Under the pieces are notes generated by a model. That model worked only from the letters and a program-made list of their open reading frames with translations, did not search any database and was not told the DNA's origin. This document shows, in pieces, positions 11,911-24,277 of a DNA stretch of 37,198 nucleotides; within the stretch, counting starts at the first letter, position 1; each line of letters starts with the position of its first letter. The stretch is from NCBI GenBank assembly GCA_002633005.1, contig NMRA01001234.1, positions 1 through 37,198 on the forward strand, given 5' to 3'. This DNA is from Phoronis australis (lineage: Eukaryota > Animalia > Phoronida). The position numbers and the translations under genes were made by a program.

Positions 11911-12335
11911 GTTTAAAATACTTCAGCTCTTGATTATTTTTATCTTATTAGTTGTAGAGCATGTAATTTGAAATTCTTGTTGTAGTCTTCGTGTAAAGTT
12001 TGAACAGTGTCTCTTTTAGCTTTTTTAGCTGAGAGGTGTTGTAAACAACAATCATATCATCTACTACATAATAACAGTAATGATAATAACAATAATAATA
12101 CTGCGTAGTAATAGTAATATCGATAATGTTGACAATAATTACAGATATGCATATAATGACCATGGTAAAAATCGTGCTACACCTCGAGTTACTAGGAGAC
12201 CTCTTGCCTAAACTTTTTTGTAGCACCAACTTGCTGTGCAAAAATTTCTTGTACAGCATACGCTTTCACTTTCACTTTGACGATCAGTTTATTGTCGTGA
12301 GAGGACCATGCTGTATATTAGCCTTTGATTAAAGT

Positions 12336-12468
12336 ATTGTTGTTGTTGTTGTTGTTGTTGTCGTCGTTATTTTCATTATCATTGTCATAGTTATTGCTAT
12401 TCTTATTGTTATTATTGTTATAATTATTGTTATTATTATGATTATTATTATTGTTATCGTTATTATTA
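12336..12468. repeat. (TTG)n/(TTA)n low-complexity microsatellite
   Basis: Direct reading. Confidence 0.9.
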
Positions 12469-12823
12469 AGCCTCATTGCAAGAAGGGCGGCTATTCCTTA
12501 AAACCCACAGGAGTTAACGCAAAAACACCCGGCAGGTGACCGAAGTGACCAGTTATTCAATAAACAGGAATGCAAACCTAGATGTTTAGGCTACCGGAGG
12601 TTTAAAAATGAAAGTAGACCGGTGTAGAGCCAAATAACTGTCTCACCGCGAGAAAATCTAGCTTAACTCACGTGCTCCTGTTGCAAATACACGGCAATAT
12701 CTCGCGGAGCCTTGAGAGATCTTTCTTTTCCAGTGAGACACTAGCGATCTGAACGCTGCCCGGGAGTGGTTCTTTTGTAATGAACGGGGTGGGTATTGTC
12801 AGATTCTGTTCAGCGGCTATCGC

Positions 12824-12961
12824 CAAGGGCGGATCCAGGATTTTGAGTTGGGGGCAGGATTTTGCCCGTTAGACATTCGCACCCCCGCACTGCCAATCGG
12901 AATCTGAGATAATTTTAAGGAGTAGCAAGGCCCCCTTGACCCTCCTCTAAATCCGCCACTG
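12824..12961. mobile_element. Short MITE (GGCGGATCCAGG...ATCCGCC family), copy 1
   Basis: Imperfect terminal inverted repeats CAAGGGCGGATCCAGGA / CCTCTAAATCCGCCACTG; homologous to 14143-14305 (shared AGACATTCGCAC and GGAATCTG.GA.AATTTTA.GG). Confidence 0.8.
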
Positions 12962-14142
12962 AACATTATCGACATCATAAAAATATCAGTTAGAGAGAAA
13001 ACAGTTTCATTTCTGTTTATCAAAGGCAAGATTCGTGAATAGTGCGGGAGTCATATGGTCTCATAAAAACCTTCGTTTTTGTGCTTCTCCTGGTTTTAGA
13101 AAGTGAAAGTTAATCTATTTCCTAAAAGTTAAAGCTCTCGAAAACACGTGCTCCACAGGTGATCCATAAAAAGTACCAGATCAGTTTTCAGGTCGGACAT
13201 ACTCTCCTCAATGAATTGCGGGCTTCAGGGATGAACTAAGGCCGGGCGGCAGTCCAGAGAAGAATCATAGCGAAACATGGACAAGAAAGAAAATTCAAGA
13301 AAAACTTTGTCAGCCACCAGTGCTTGATTTACCTTTAAGGGCTCTGACCAAGACATCGACCTTACTTTTGAAGCATTTGCACTTGAAAACGTGAACTTTA
13401 TCATTCATATAATGAATTTTCAAAGTGCAACTTCTGCAGAGCATGTTAATTCGTTGTATTTTTTAAATTCCAGAAGACAATTTTAAGGAATGTTAAACTG
13501 TATTTCTCTTTAAATTAATACTGGAGCCATCTGTCGCATCCCTTGTGTTTATTCTCGAGACTGTTTATAACTTGATAAAAATTGAAAACCTGGCATATAG
13601 CATTCAATTGCTGCTCATTGCCTTTTTTCGGAAATTTACTTTCGTTTCATTTATTTGCACTCGAGGGCATGGGCCCACAGTACATATACAACAGAGAATG
13701 TTTTTATTGATTAGTTCGTAAGATGCCGCTCACGGAGAGAGTGCCCGATGGTTTCGGAGGGAAATCTTTATGTAAATACTAAAATCGAAAGATTCATAGA
13801 TATTTTTGAAGCTGGTAAGAACTGGTTATGATTCAGTGACTTAAGTTGCAGGCTGAAGTAAAGAAAATCACCCGTTCCTCAAATAAACAACATACACTTA
13901 ACGAAATTTGCCTATCTGAAAAACAGTAAAAAATACAAATGAAATTCGAAATGTTTTACAGTGTGCCTCACCCGTATTCACCTCCACCTAGGTCGTACAA
14001 GAGGGGGGGTCGATACAAAATTTGCAACATCGGGAGAATGGGAAGGTGGTGGCGACGGGATATGATATTTACCTTCTTATGGGTGTGCACCGTGAAAGTT
14101 ATATTAGTTGAGCCCATGACTTTCACAAACTCGAATTAGTTG

Positions 14143-14305
14143 CAGGGCGGATCCAGGATTTTGAGCTGGGGGGGGCCAGGGCAGAGTATTAGCCAGGGTT
14201 TTGCCTGTCATTCGCAGACATTCGCACGCCCGAACTGTCAAATGGAATCTGGGAGAATTTTAGGGGAGCGATGGCTCCGTTGGCCTCCCTCTAAGTCTGC
14301 CACTA
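14143..14305. mobile_element. Short MITE, copy 2
   Basis: CAGGGCGGATCCAGGATTTTGAG ... CCTCTAAGTCTGCCACT; same family as 12824-12961. Confidence 0.8.
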
Positions 14306-14542
14306 TTCGCAAACAGAAGTGTCACTTATCCCATTGTTATTTAGTTGTCTAGCAATATATATATCAACATATTTCTGTATATTTCTCTTACGCAGATAAT
14401 GATGTGTACTTGAATTCTGGAATATATTCAACAGATAATGAAGTTTGATTGGTTTCACATGATTTCGTTTCAATGACATGTTTTAACACTTGAAAAAGGC
14501 GTCCCACGTAAACATGGTAGGTGTATAAAAATTCTATTATGC

Positions 14543-14606
14543 ATGTATGTATGTATGTATGTATGTATGTATGTATGTATGTATGTATGTAGGTAAGTAC
14601 GTTGGA

Positions 14607-14704
<98 letters not shown>
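14543..14704. repeat. (ATGT)n followed by (GT)n microsatellites, ending at an n join
   Basis: Direct reading; n at 14705. Confidence 0.97.
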
Positions 14705-14850
14705 NATAATTTTATAGTTAAACCAAGTTGCCTGTATCAAAAATGCCATGCACCTTTTTTAAGTGTTCATGTGCAACTCATTTGATAAACTGCACGTACT
14801 TAACATAGTATATATGTGGAGCTTTTATTCTTTTCAGGGACCAATCTAAA

Positions 14851-14887
14851 ATGGATGACAGCGAAAGCCTAACTCAGGGGCCGTATG
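14851..14887 (+). CDS. Predicted first coding exon (MDDSESLTQGPY), exon 14838-14887, phase-1 donor
   Basis: Acceptor TTTTATTCTTTTCAG ending 14837, good start context AAAATGG, donor G|GTAAAT. Phase matches the exon at 16105. Confidence 0.55.
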
Positions 14888-16104
14888 GTAAATACCACAT
14901 TTGTCGAAACCTCGAACGAAATTCTAATTCTCCATTTCGCAAAGTCTGGGCATCTCCCATGAATCACGTTACCATTGCTGGATTTCTTACCACGCTTTGT
15001 AACGATTACGTTGAGACTACTTGCTCACATATTAATCCTTTCTTCGTGTTTTTATTCCTGTGTCTAACCCGAAACAATGGTGCAGTGGGGTGTGGACGCA
15101 CGTATACGCACCTTCTTATTTTTAACCTTACATATACTCACTGTAATCTAAGTGTAAATTTTCCGTATTCATACTATGGGCGGTGGAGCTTTTCGTCACA
15201 CAAATTGAAGTGGGAAGGATGGATAGAGTTGTTTAAAGAACTATTTGCAGTCACTGTAGCCATATACACATTGTTAGTGCTCATGTGTTTTCTGATCGAG
15301 CCAATAATGTATCTTTGCATTGGTGAAATGAGTCGAAAGTACACATCACAGCGGTCGACGTTTAGCTCAACGCCGAGTCGCATTGGGCAATTTGGCCAAA
15401 ATCCCAAGTCTCCAAAAGTAAAAATCTCAGGTCACTAAATGAAATCCGAAGTTGTCCATCCAACGTAATTTCCCTCCGAGCAAAAAGGTAGGAGTGATAC
15501 CAAAGTAAACCGGTTACATTTTCATGCCCAAAAAGCCTCTGGTATCCTAGTCTATTATCATACGTGGCCGTCGACCTTTCCTCTGAAAACGTTGTAAAAC
15601 CTGGTGATGGCTGGAGAAATGATCGAACGATACGTGGCAATGTGACTAAGCTAGACGTTGGTAGTGAAAAAGTATCCGTGGGCACACTCCTTACTTCCAA
15701 CTACGACCTTCTCAAGCATTTTGTCACTGGCAACAGTGACAAACCTTATTTAATTTGAGCATACGTCCTCGACTGCAACATTTGCGTTTTACCCAAATGT
15801 TTGTTTTAAAATGTATGCACCAAAATCAAGAGATGATTTACGCGTTCCTGCAATGTAGCCCGGGCAACAATATGCGTTTAGTACAACAGTCTTATGTGTG
15901 TACTCCTCCAAAAGTGTTCGGGTACAGGAAAGTGTTTTCACTTGATTCATACAGTGCAAAACAAAGATAATTTACAAATTCCTGGTACCAAAGATATAAT
16001 GGAAATCGTCTTACGAATAGTTTCTCGTATTAGTTGCATTAATAATCTTATTGAAAATTAGAGCTAGGGTCATCCTTATCTTAATTGCTATTATTATATT
16101 CTAG

Positions 16105-16504
16105 AGTTCCCAGTTAACTTGACGTTAAGTGTACAAGATGGCGGGGAGGAACTGGTTGCTGAATTACACGAGTTGGATGATCTATCAAGGTTTATCCTTG
16201 ATAAAGAAGACGCTTTCAATGATTTCTTGAACACGTTCTCAGTCACGTTCAACGACTGTGAACTATCACGAGAAAAAGACAGCATTATATGCAAACTTAA
16301 GGCCCACACAAAAGAGGGATTTGAACTCCTGAACGATGCCATGAGCGAGGCAAAATTCACGAAGTGTCTTACGCCATGGTTTACGTCTCAAAAACTTGCT
16401 ACGAGTATTGGTTTAAGCCAGTACTTGTCGTGGCAAGTTTCAATGGAGATGTCCAAAAGTACGCACCTAACGGGTCTTAAGCACTTTAAAGACATGGCCA
16501 AAAG
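16105..16504 (+). CDS. Exon encoding a TRADD-N-like domain (phase 1 to 2)
   Basis: Acceptor TATTCTAG, donor AAG|GTAGGT, open 400 nt. The segment AFNDFL...SIICKLKAHTKEGFELL...L.PWFTSQKL..IGL...V.M resembles invertebrate TRADD-like N-terminal domains (by eye). Confidence 0.7.
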
Positions 16505-16674
16505 GTAGGTTGGTGCTTATTTGAGTGACAGCAAGTTTATTTTGCTTCCCTTTTCTTCCTTGAGCAAAGATCTAAATTTTTCAATTTGTTACAGTCTAAC
16601 TTGTGATATAATCTCAATCCATTTGAATATTAATGAAAATACTCAAACGATGATGTGAGAAAAATAATACCACT

Positions 16675-16684
16675 GGAATTTCCC
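16675..16684 (-). promoter_or_regulatory. Consensus NF-kB site GGGAAATTCC in an intron
   Basis: Plus strand reads GGAATTTCCC; a single site that could be chance. Confidence 0.3.
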
Positions 16685-19321
16685 CTCAAAAACTGATGTC
16701 TCTAGGTACGCAACCAATAGGAGCGCTTTTAAGTAGGCTTATCTTCACTGCTACACCCGCATTTTTTATAAACTGCCTTGCATTAAAAATATGGTCACAC
16801 GAATAATGAAACGTAATTATCGGAATTTTTATTCCAACATCGATTTTGCTGTATAACGTTTTTCGTAAGAACTTAAGTTTTTCTTCTTAAACTTAGTTAT
16901 TTTCGACAAAGTAGAATCTAAGGTTGTCTAGGACCTTAATAGATAATCTTAACTCAGTTATGAACAGGGACGATGGAGGTATAAAATTTTGAACAATCTC
17001 ATCACCACGCCATCTAGTGTCTAATAGCTTCTGAAGAAGGATGTTGAGAGTAGTCGAAACTGTCCAGGTACTAACACTTTTCTGGTTGTGAAAATAAGAA
17101 ATAATCAATTTGTACTCTACCAACCTTATGAAGTTTTTAGTGAATTTCGGCTGAGTTATTGTCTAACTTTGATGATCGTCGTGGCGACTTCATGAGCTTT
17201 TCCAAGGTCACCGAACAAAATCTGAAGTCGCACTGGGGAGCTAAAGGTCGTTATTTTCCACAGAAATCCTGCACAGATTTAAAACATTCTGCTGTGGTCG
17301 CCAAAAAAAAAAACACAAAAATAGCCACGGAAGTTAGACCCGTCCAACAATTGACGTCAATCGTATTGTTGCCATTTCTATTTATGACCCTATGAGCAGT
17401 TTGACGAATAGAGAGACTGACGTCAAGAACAAATTAAAAAATAATAGAAAGGTTTCTAGGTGGAACAGAATAAGCTTAATCCATCTAAACAAAGAAAGGG
17501 GTTAACGACTCCTAAATAGAATACTGCCAAATTTTGTAACATTCGGTTAAAGAACTGTAGAGACGTGAATAAAAACAACCAAAATTGCCACTAGGGTGCA
17601 CAACAGTAGCAAGATCCTCTCAAAACTTGTCATACATTGTGAAATTCATTGCGAACATCGCAAATGTACACTCCGAAACCGTATAGTCGTCCGCCTAAGC
17701 ATGAAACCGGCTTGTTGTCTTACTCACCCAATTATTCCACTTCAAAGTTATGATCTGAATAGGACTTGATTTAACTCTCACAAATATATAGTATTCGTTG
17801 ATTCAAACGTTTTCTTTTACTTAAGCCGAGTTGTTCAACTGTGCATTGGTTTTCGGCAGCCATTTTATAATGACACCTATGGTCGTCATGTGCTGCCGCC
17901 TTTTGAAAGGACAGAAAACCACACAGAAAAAGGCCAAGAAAATAGTGGAAAGTGGTTTACAGCAACTCTACTTCAACCACAAACTGTTTTACTGGTATGA
18001 TATCGATTTTTAAATCGATTAAAATTGATTTAGAATTTCAGTTCTGGAAAATAAATCACAATTGTTTTATTCCAGGCAGACCTTACTTATTTTGTATTTG
18101 TGACCTCTTTATTTGACTTTTTGCTCTTGTTGTTCTTAACATCACTTATCTCTGCTGTCCTTCTTTTTCTTTTCAGTTTCTCTTCATTCTCTGTTAACAC
18201 CTTGTCAGCCAAAACAGGACTGTAAGCCTTTGAGACTTGGTCGGCTGAAGTTGATCATTGAACCTCGATACAATTGTTCTAATAAATTACCCATAATTGT
18301 ATTGTTTGATTTTTTCTCATCTTTAACAGGCTTCTGCATTCATAAATAAATAAATAAATACCCAAGTTGCATTTGAATTTTATTGCTCAATCTCTTCTTT
18401 TATTTTTGATTATGTCATGCTGTGTTGTATGTAACAAATGCAATATAGTGAAATAAAGTCAATGTTTTACTTTATTGGTGGCCATTCTCTAGCAATTCAA
18501 GTATTTTAATTTTCTTCAAATAAATTCAAAATGCTTTAACCAAAATTTTCAACATAAATGTTGAGTTCAGTACTGTGTTTTGCAATAAAAAAACAAGTGA
18601 ACAATATTTTGATGACCAAGGCGTGGGCCGAAACTGTTAAGCACCCAGCGTGTTCCATTTGTCTGCTGCGTTTTTCCTTTGGCCTAACAGATGTCGGTTA
18701 GTGCCTGGGACAAATAGATACATTGCATAAACAATCCCTGGGTTGCTTTTTGTTCCGTCTGAAGAAAATTTAATTTCGAAAATATCTTCTGAAAATGAAC
18801 AAAAAAGTGCATTAGTAAAATCAACAAGTTTTTAAGTGGTCTCAAAAAAACAGTCGGTAAATGCATTAATTTTAGTCTCAGTTCTTCCACGCGTGTTTCT
18901 CCCGAGAGGTTGGTACCTAACGTGCAGACGAGCGTTCCAAATTGGAACGCTAAGTCCCGCGTGGCAGCGCTGCACGCGAAACAAGATGGCGGACGACCTT
19001 TGGAGACTGACGACGAGAGGTAATCGGACTATATATCCTTAAACGTATTCGGAATACGACAATAAGCAATCATTTGGTCGTGTTGTTTAAATGATTTGTA
19101 GAAGAAGGTGGAGGCGCAACTGTTTTGGCAGTAAATTCCATTATAACCCGATAATTCCACGTTTGCCGTCCTGAACAATTGAGCTTACTCTCCTGCTGGC
19201 AAATTATAGTAGCAATTTTGAATGCCGACAATTTGCTGTACAAATAGTTACACATATTGTAACTAGCCATTCATCATAAAAACGACTTATTTGGTGCAGT
19301 ACAATTTCTTAACTGATACAT

Positions 19322-19580
19322 CCGGGAGTCTCTTTCATGAAAAGGGACTTAAAGCTGAAGTTGAGTCTTACCCTCCCACTTCACAATTGCTGAATAAAGG
19401 TTTAGCCAAGTAATTATGAGCGTATCCCAGTCCAGAAATAATTCGTATAAATTATTTCAGTAAATAGCAGTTATCTGCATATTCTCAGACACTTTGTTCT
19501 TTTGCTCAAATGAGATTTTATTATCTTTAGAATTAGTCTGTCTTTTAAAGTCCTAAGTCACTTTTATGAAACGCATCCTT
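19322..19580. mobile_element. Degenerate MITE with imperfect TIRs (Harbinger-like termini)
   Basis: TTTCATGAAAAGGGACTTA at the left end versus inverted TAAGTCACTTTTATGAAA at the right end. Confidence 0.5.
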
Positions 19581-19901
19581 GGGCTAAGCTCCTTAGACAT
19601 TTGCGAAAAAATCAAATCTGTTTGACGTAATAAACCCTATTGCCCAAAAAGCATCATCTGTAAATTCTTCCGGTTACAAAGGTCATGGAAAGCAAGAAAG
19701 GCAGACGCCATGGAAAGCCAGGGCAAGGAATTAACGGGCAACCAGTTGTTGGAAGATGGTCAGGGAACTCAAGTGAGTTGCAAACACAAATTAGATCATG
19801 GAAAGCAAACCAGTCGAGGCTTATAGACAGATCAAAGACGTTAACAAGACTAATCTCATTGGCTACCGCCATTATTGTATCATGGACCGTGGCGACACAT
19901 A

Positions 19902-19943
19902 GCGCGCGCGCGCGCGAGCGTGTGTGTGTGTGTGTGTGTGTGT
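19902..19943. repeat. (GC)n-(GT)n alternating purine-pyrimidine tract
   Basis: Direct reading. Confidence 0.9.
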
Positions 19944-20249
19944 ACCGACAAAGTACGCCAGGAGTCGACTACCATGGCTGATTTTAGTTTGACAAATTCA
20001 AAATTGTGAAGTGTCTTTGTCAAAATATTGAGAACAAAAATATGAACAGTGTATTGGAAAAAACACATGGGCAACTATAAAGTAAATAAAAAAATGGCAG
20101 CAAATGTAATATAAATTATGAGAAATACCTCATAAGCAATAAGTGCCTCAATAATCAGAGGTGAGAAGGTGAAAACAGGTGATTGGAGGTTGACCAGTTA
20201 CAGAACCTGTAGAATTTTGTCCAGGGGGTCAGGTAAGTAATAAACTTAA

Positions 20250-21810
20250 GATTAGTAGTTAGGTATATTTCATGTAACAGGCCTCCGGCCCACATTACAA
20301 TATATAACACTAGCAACTTTTCTCAGAACATTTAAGTCATGAGTCTGTAGAAAATTTCTGAATACTATATATTCCACCTCATCGTACCTTGGTAAAAACC
20401 GCACTTGTAAATTCGAAAATAAATTGCATTCGAGAAGAAAGTGGAATTCTGTTTCCACTTTCCCACTGTCACAGCAGGGACCTAATTTGTCTTCTCTGTC
20501 AAATCCACTGACCCTTCCCTGGATAATCTTTAATGAATGTGCGGAGCATCTAAACCTTGCAAGGGCTATTCTATGAAGTCTATTTTCTAAACATGTTACG
20601 TATTTTCTATAACAAAGTTACATTTATTTGCTTTGTAAACATTGAGAAAAAATATTGTTTCTCCAATCCTGGATGTCAATATCAAAGCATCATTGTTTAA
20701 ATTCACTTATAAATGAGGCAGCATCGCCCACACCTTGTTGTATCCAAACAACTCCAAAGCCATAAGCAAATAACAATCGTTTAGACTTGTTTGGCTCAGC
20801 CATTTCATATTGCACATTGTAGCATACCCTAACATAACGATGGCTTGGCAAATTGATAATTTTTAACCAGTATTTTACAATTCTCAATAATAAATGTACC
20901 TTCATTGTCACTATAACAAGCTCTCCCCACACTGCAGCGTTTGAGACATGCTGACCAAGTCCCAACAAAAATTTTCAAAATTAATTTTGTACGATTTCAA
21001 TGTCTTGTGCTGGGTGAAATACCCAAATCTCAGAACCATATAACAAGATCGGTAATATTTTTGTATCAAACATTTTAAACCACATTTGCACAGGAATTTC
21101 CTTGTACTTAAACATGTGCTTTTTAGTACACAAATAGCATTTGCCGCTTTGTCAGCTAACGTTTTCTGCGCCTTCGTAAATACACCTTTAGGAGCAAACT
21201 TGATACCCGAATAATTATACTCTGAAGTCGTTTGTACAATTTTGCCAAATAATTTCCACTTTTCATAAGTTCTCAAGTATCACCTTTTTCTAAAGACTAA
21301 AATTTTTGTCTTCGACATATTCACATGAAGCTTCAATTTATTACAATATTCTTCTAGTTTGGTAATTAATGTTTGCATGGCAATAGCGGTTTCAGCGACA
21401 AGAACCACATCATCGGCAAACAACAACAAATATGAATTCAATATTCCAATATTTACACACGAACCCTTTACATTTTGTAAATCACTTTCTAAATCATTTG
21501 TAAATAGCGAGAAGAGAAAGGGAGATAATTGACACCCTTGTCTTACACCCATCGTACATTGGAAGAAATCGGTTACGTAACCATCCCCATTCAGCAAAAC
21601 GCAAGACTTCACATTTTCATACATACTGTTTAGAATTTTATGCATTTTTCCATATATTCCAAAACTTGACATTTTATGCTTAACACCCTCGCGTCATACC
21701 CAGTCGAACGCCTTTTTAAAGTCAAAAAAAGACAATAGAACCGGCTTCTACGTTTCAATAGATAATTGTTAAGTAGTGTATCTAGAATAAACATGTTATC
21801 CACTGAGGAA
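20250..21810 (-). mobile_element. Decayed LINE ORF2 (RTE-X-like), intronic and antisense to the host gene
   Basis: SSVDNMFIL, GVRQGCQLSPFLFSLFTNDL, LLLFADDVVL, NMSKTKILVF, AQKTLADKA, NAAVWGEL, KYWLKI, GFGVVWIQQGVG and C-terminal zinc-finger remnant PCCDSGKVETEFHFLLEC. Many frameshifts. Confidence 0.92.
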
Positions 21811-22291
21811 GACAGCTCTGCTGAAGAAGAGGGGTGAGCCAAAACGGAGCTACGGGCCGACTGTCACGATTTCGTAACTTTCCGTGACAAATTGGTAACT
21901 GCCGTTCATCCGTAAGTTGTCGGATAATTCCGTAATAATCGTCCTTGACCTTCGATTTACAAAGAAGTTTCTCCGGACGGGCTTTTTGGGAAGATTTTTG
22001 TGCTTTGACCGCGAATTTCTTGCAAACTGAGTGAAGCAGGACACCGTAAATGGTATTGGAGAAAGAACAATTCCTCATGGTTAGTTGAACCTCTGTTTTG
22101 TGTAAATTTATTGAGTTCTGTGTTTGCTGTGGACGGCTGAAGTGAAGCACCCGTGGAATTTCTAGTCGGGAGTGTCATACCTTGTAGTATTATATGTAGT
22201 GTATTGTGGAAGATCAGAAGCTGAGGACGCCTGTGGGTCCTACAAGTCAGCGCTTATTCTATGTTCAGATCGAGGCGAGCTTGTGTGTAGA

Positions 22292-22418
22292 CAGGGTCGA
22301 GGGAGTTGTGGGTCGTGGGTCGAAGGGGGTCGAGGGTCGTGGGGGTTGTGGGTCAAGGGGGGCGTGGGTCGAGGGGTCGTCGGTCGAGATTTGTCGGGGT
22401 CGAGGGGGTTGAGGGGAT
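22292..22418. repeat. G-rich (GGGTCGA/GGGTCGT)-type tandem repeat
   Basis: Repeated GGGTCGAGGG / GGGTCGTGGG units. Confidence 0.8.
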
Positions 22419-24277
22419 TGCAGAACAATCCTAGTAGTGCTGGCGTATCCCAGTCATAAATTTATATATTACGAAGTTTCACCAGAGTCTGTGGGGTCGC
22501 TTTGAAAAATAATTGGGAGACAAGAAAAAGGAATATATTGTGAATACAGAAAAATACTGCAATAGTGTTCAAATTATAATCACATAGGTGAGTTTAAACT
22601 GCCTATACAAAATAACTAGTGCTAGTCAATGGTTTGTGAACAGGAACAACACAATGCATCCTCTACTGCACCTTAAACAATGTGTTTTTACTGTCATATA
22701 ATGTAGATTATTGACCAAGAACAGCTGTATGGAACCACAAGAAATAATTCAACTAAATAATATCGAGTAAAAAAAATAATAAATAAATAGAAATAAATAA
22801 GTAATAAAAATAAATAATAATAAATACGTGATAGTAAATAAACAATAAGGTATAGACAAAGCAAATGAATGGTAATATAGTATTAGTAAATATAATTATC
22901 ATTTAGATCTGAATGTACTAAGACTGCAAAAAGAAATGAAAGAAAGTAGTTCGAAGCATCAATGGGAAAAATAAAGTAATCAGTAGTTCCCAAAATCGTG
23001 CAAACCACTTACGATAATTTTCTATATATGCAATCAAATACAAGGAACTACACCACTGAATGACTGGCAACAGTTTCACGCATAAACATGCCTTGTTTCA
23101 AACGTGAACATCATCTATTCAAATCAGTGTGGAAGCGAAAAAAGTAAAAGCCATGAATTTTCTTTTATCTGTTGCTGCAACATTAGGCAGTGCAAAAAGC
23201 GACGTTGTAATTTGCTGACCGGATCCTCCATATCTTACCATATTTGTTTATTTCACACGCGCCCGCTAGACGTCTCTACGGTCCATGAAACAACAATGTC
23301 CGCCAGTGGCCCTCCAATGGGATTTCGTTTACGATCGAAACCATCTGTTTGAGAATTTTTGACTATGTGTTGTTTTGACTTTTGATGTCACGAACCAACA
23401 TATTTTATCAAGTGAAAAGCCCCTATATTCATTTTGTAAATTTAACTTTCAAATTTGGCTACTCTACAAATAAGGCCCACAAGGGATTGTACTGCAAATA
23501 ACATTTCCAGAGCTTGCATTTAGTAATGAATACCCACAGTCTATTGATTTTTTCATTAATTACTGTTGCGTTCAAGGCATTTAATGGCGTTTGAAACAGT
23601 TTTCAACTTCACTAGTTTTCGATCTTTTTGAGGTTGAGTAATGTCATAGTATTTTCGTTTGGATTGCGACTACATGTACATGTTGTTTTTTGTTTTTTTT
23701 TGCTCCGGCTAATAGTTATAGTTTTTCGATACATAGTTTTTCGGTGGGCTACTAGATTTAGGGGTCCAGTCCTACTGCGTCCAGTCACTGTAATGAGTCT
23801 ACCAATTGACATTGATAGTGAAATTTTATGATGGCCGGCAAGTGGTCAAAGTGCTTACTCACTACATGAATATTCTCATGAACAGGTAATGACATGAGTT
23901 ATAACGACAACATTCATTAGCGTCTGAATTTCATACGTCCCTGTTGAAAATCTAATATAGTTGACATATCAATTAACTCAAACGCACCCTTAAGGCACTT
24001 CTTCAGCCATGGGCTGTGATACAGAAATCACAGTAAGCTGGCTATAGATGTATGATCATTACCTCGACAGACTCCCCGCAACCACCTCTATGAGGCTATA
24101 GCTGTATAGCTCAACTTAGAGCATGCCAAACCCAAACTTTTGTCACATTGATCTAATGGCCTTCATTCTCAAGTTTTTGGAATATCATTAAATATGATAT
24201 CAATCAACTCGTTTCCTTAGCTCCTGGCTGAATGATAAGCTGCGCGAACATCTCAAGCGTATTCATACGTTTTTCAG

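Larger units (their letters stand above)
12263..13650 (+). promoter_or_regulatory. Cluster of IRF-E/ISRE-like motifs upstream of the multi-exon gene
   Basis: CTTTCACTTTCACTTT (12263-12278), AGTTTCATTTC (13003-13013), GAAAGTGAAAGT (13099-13110) and ACTTTCGTTTC (about 13638-13648). Function is inferred only. Confidence 0.45.

Noticed and set aside
12336-12770. Minus-strand SINE with an (AAT)n tail
   Set aside because: No convincing pol III A/B boxes or TSD identified.
14537-14749. His-Thr repeat ORF
   Set aside because: Translation of (CA)n/(TACA)n microsatellites.
14851-15438. 195-aa ORF as a stand-alone gene
   Set aside because: Beyond the donor at 14888 the translation is not protein-like; better explained as intron read-through.
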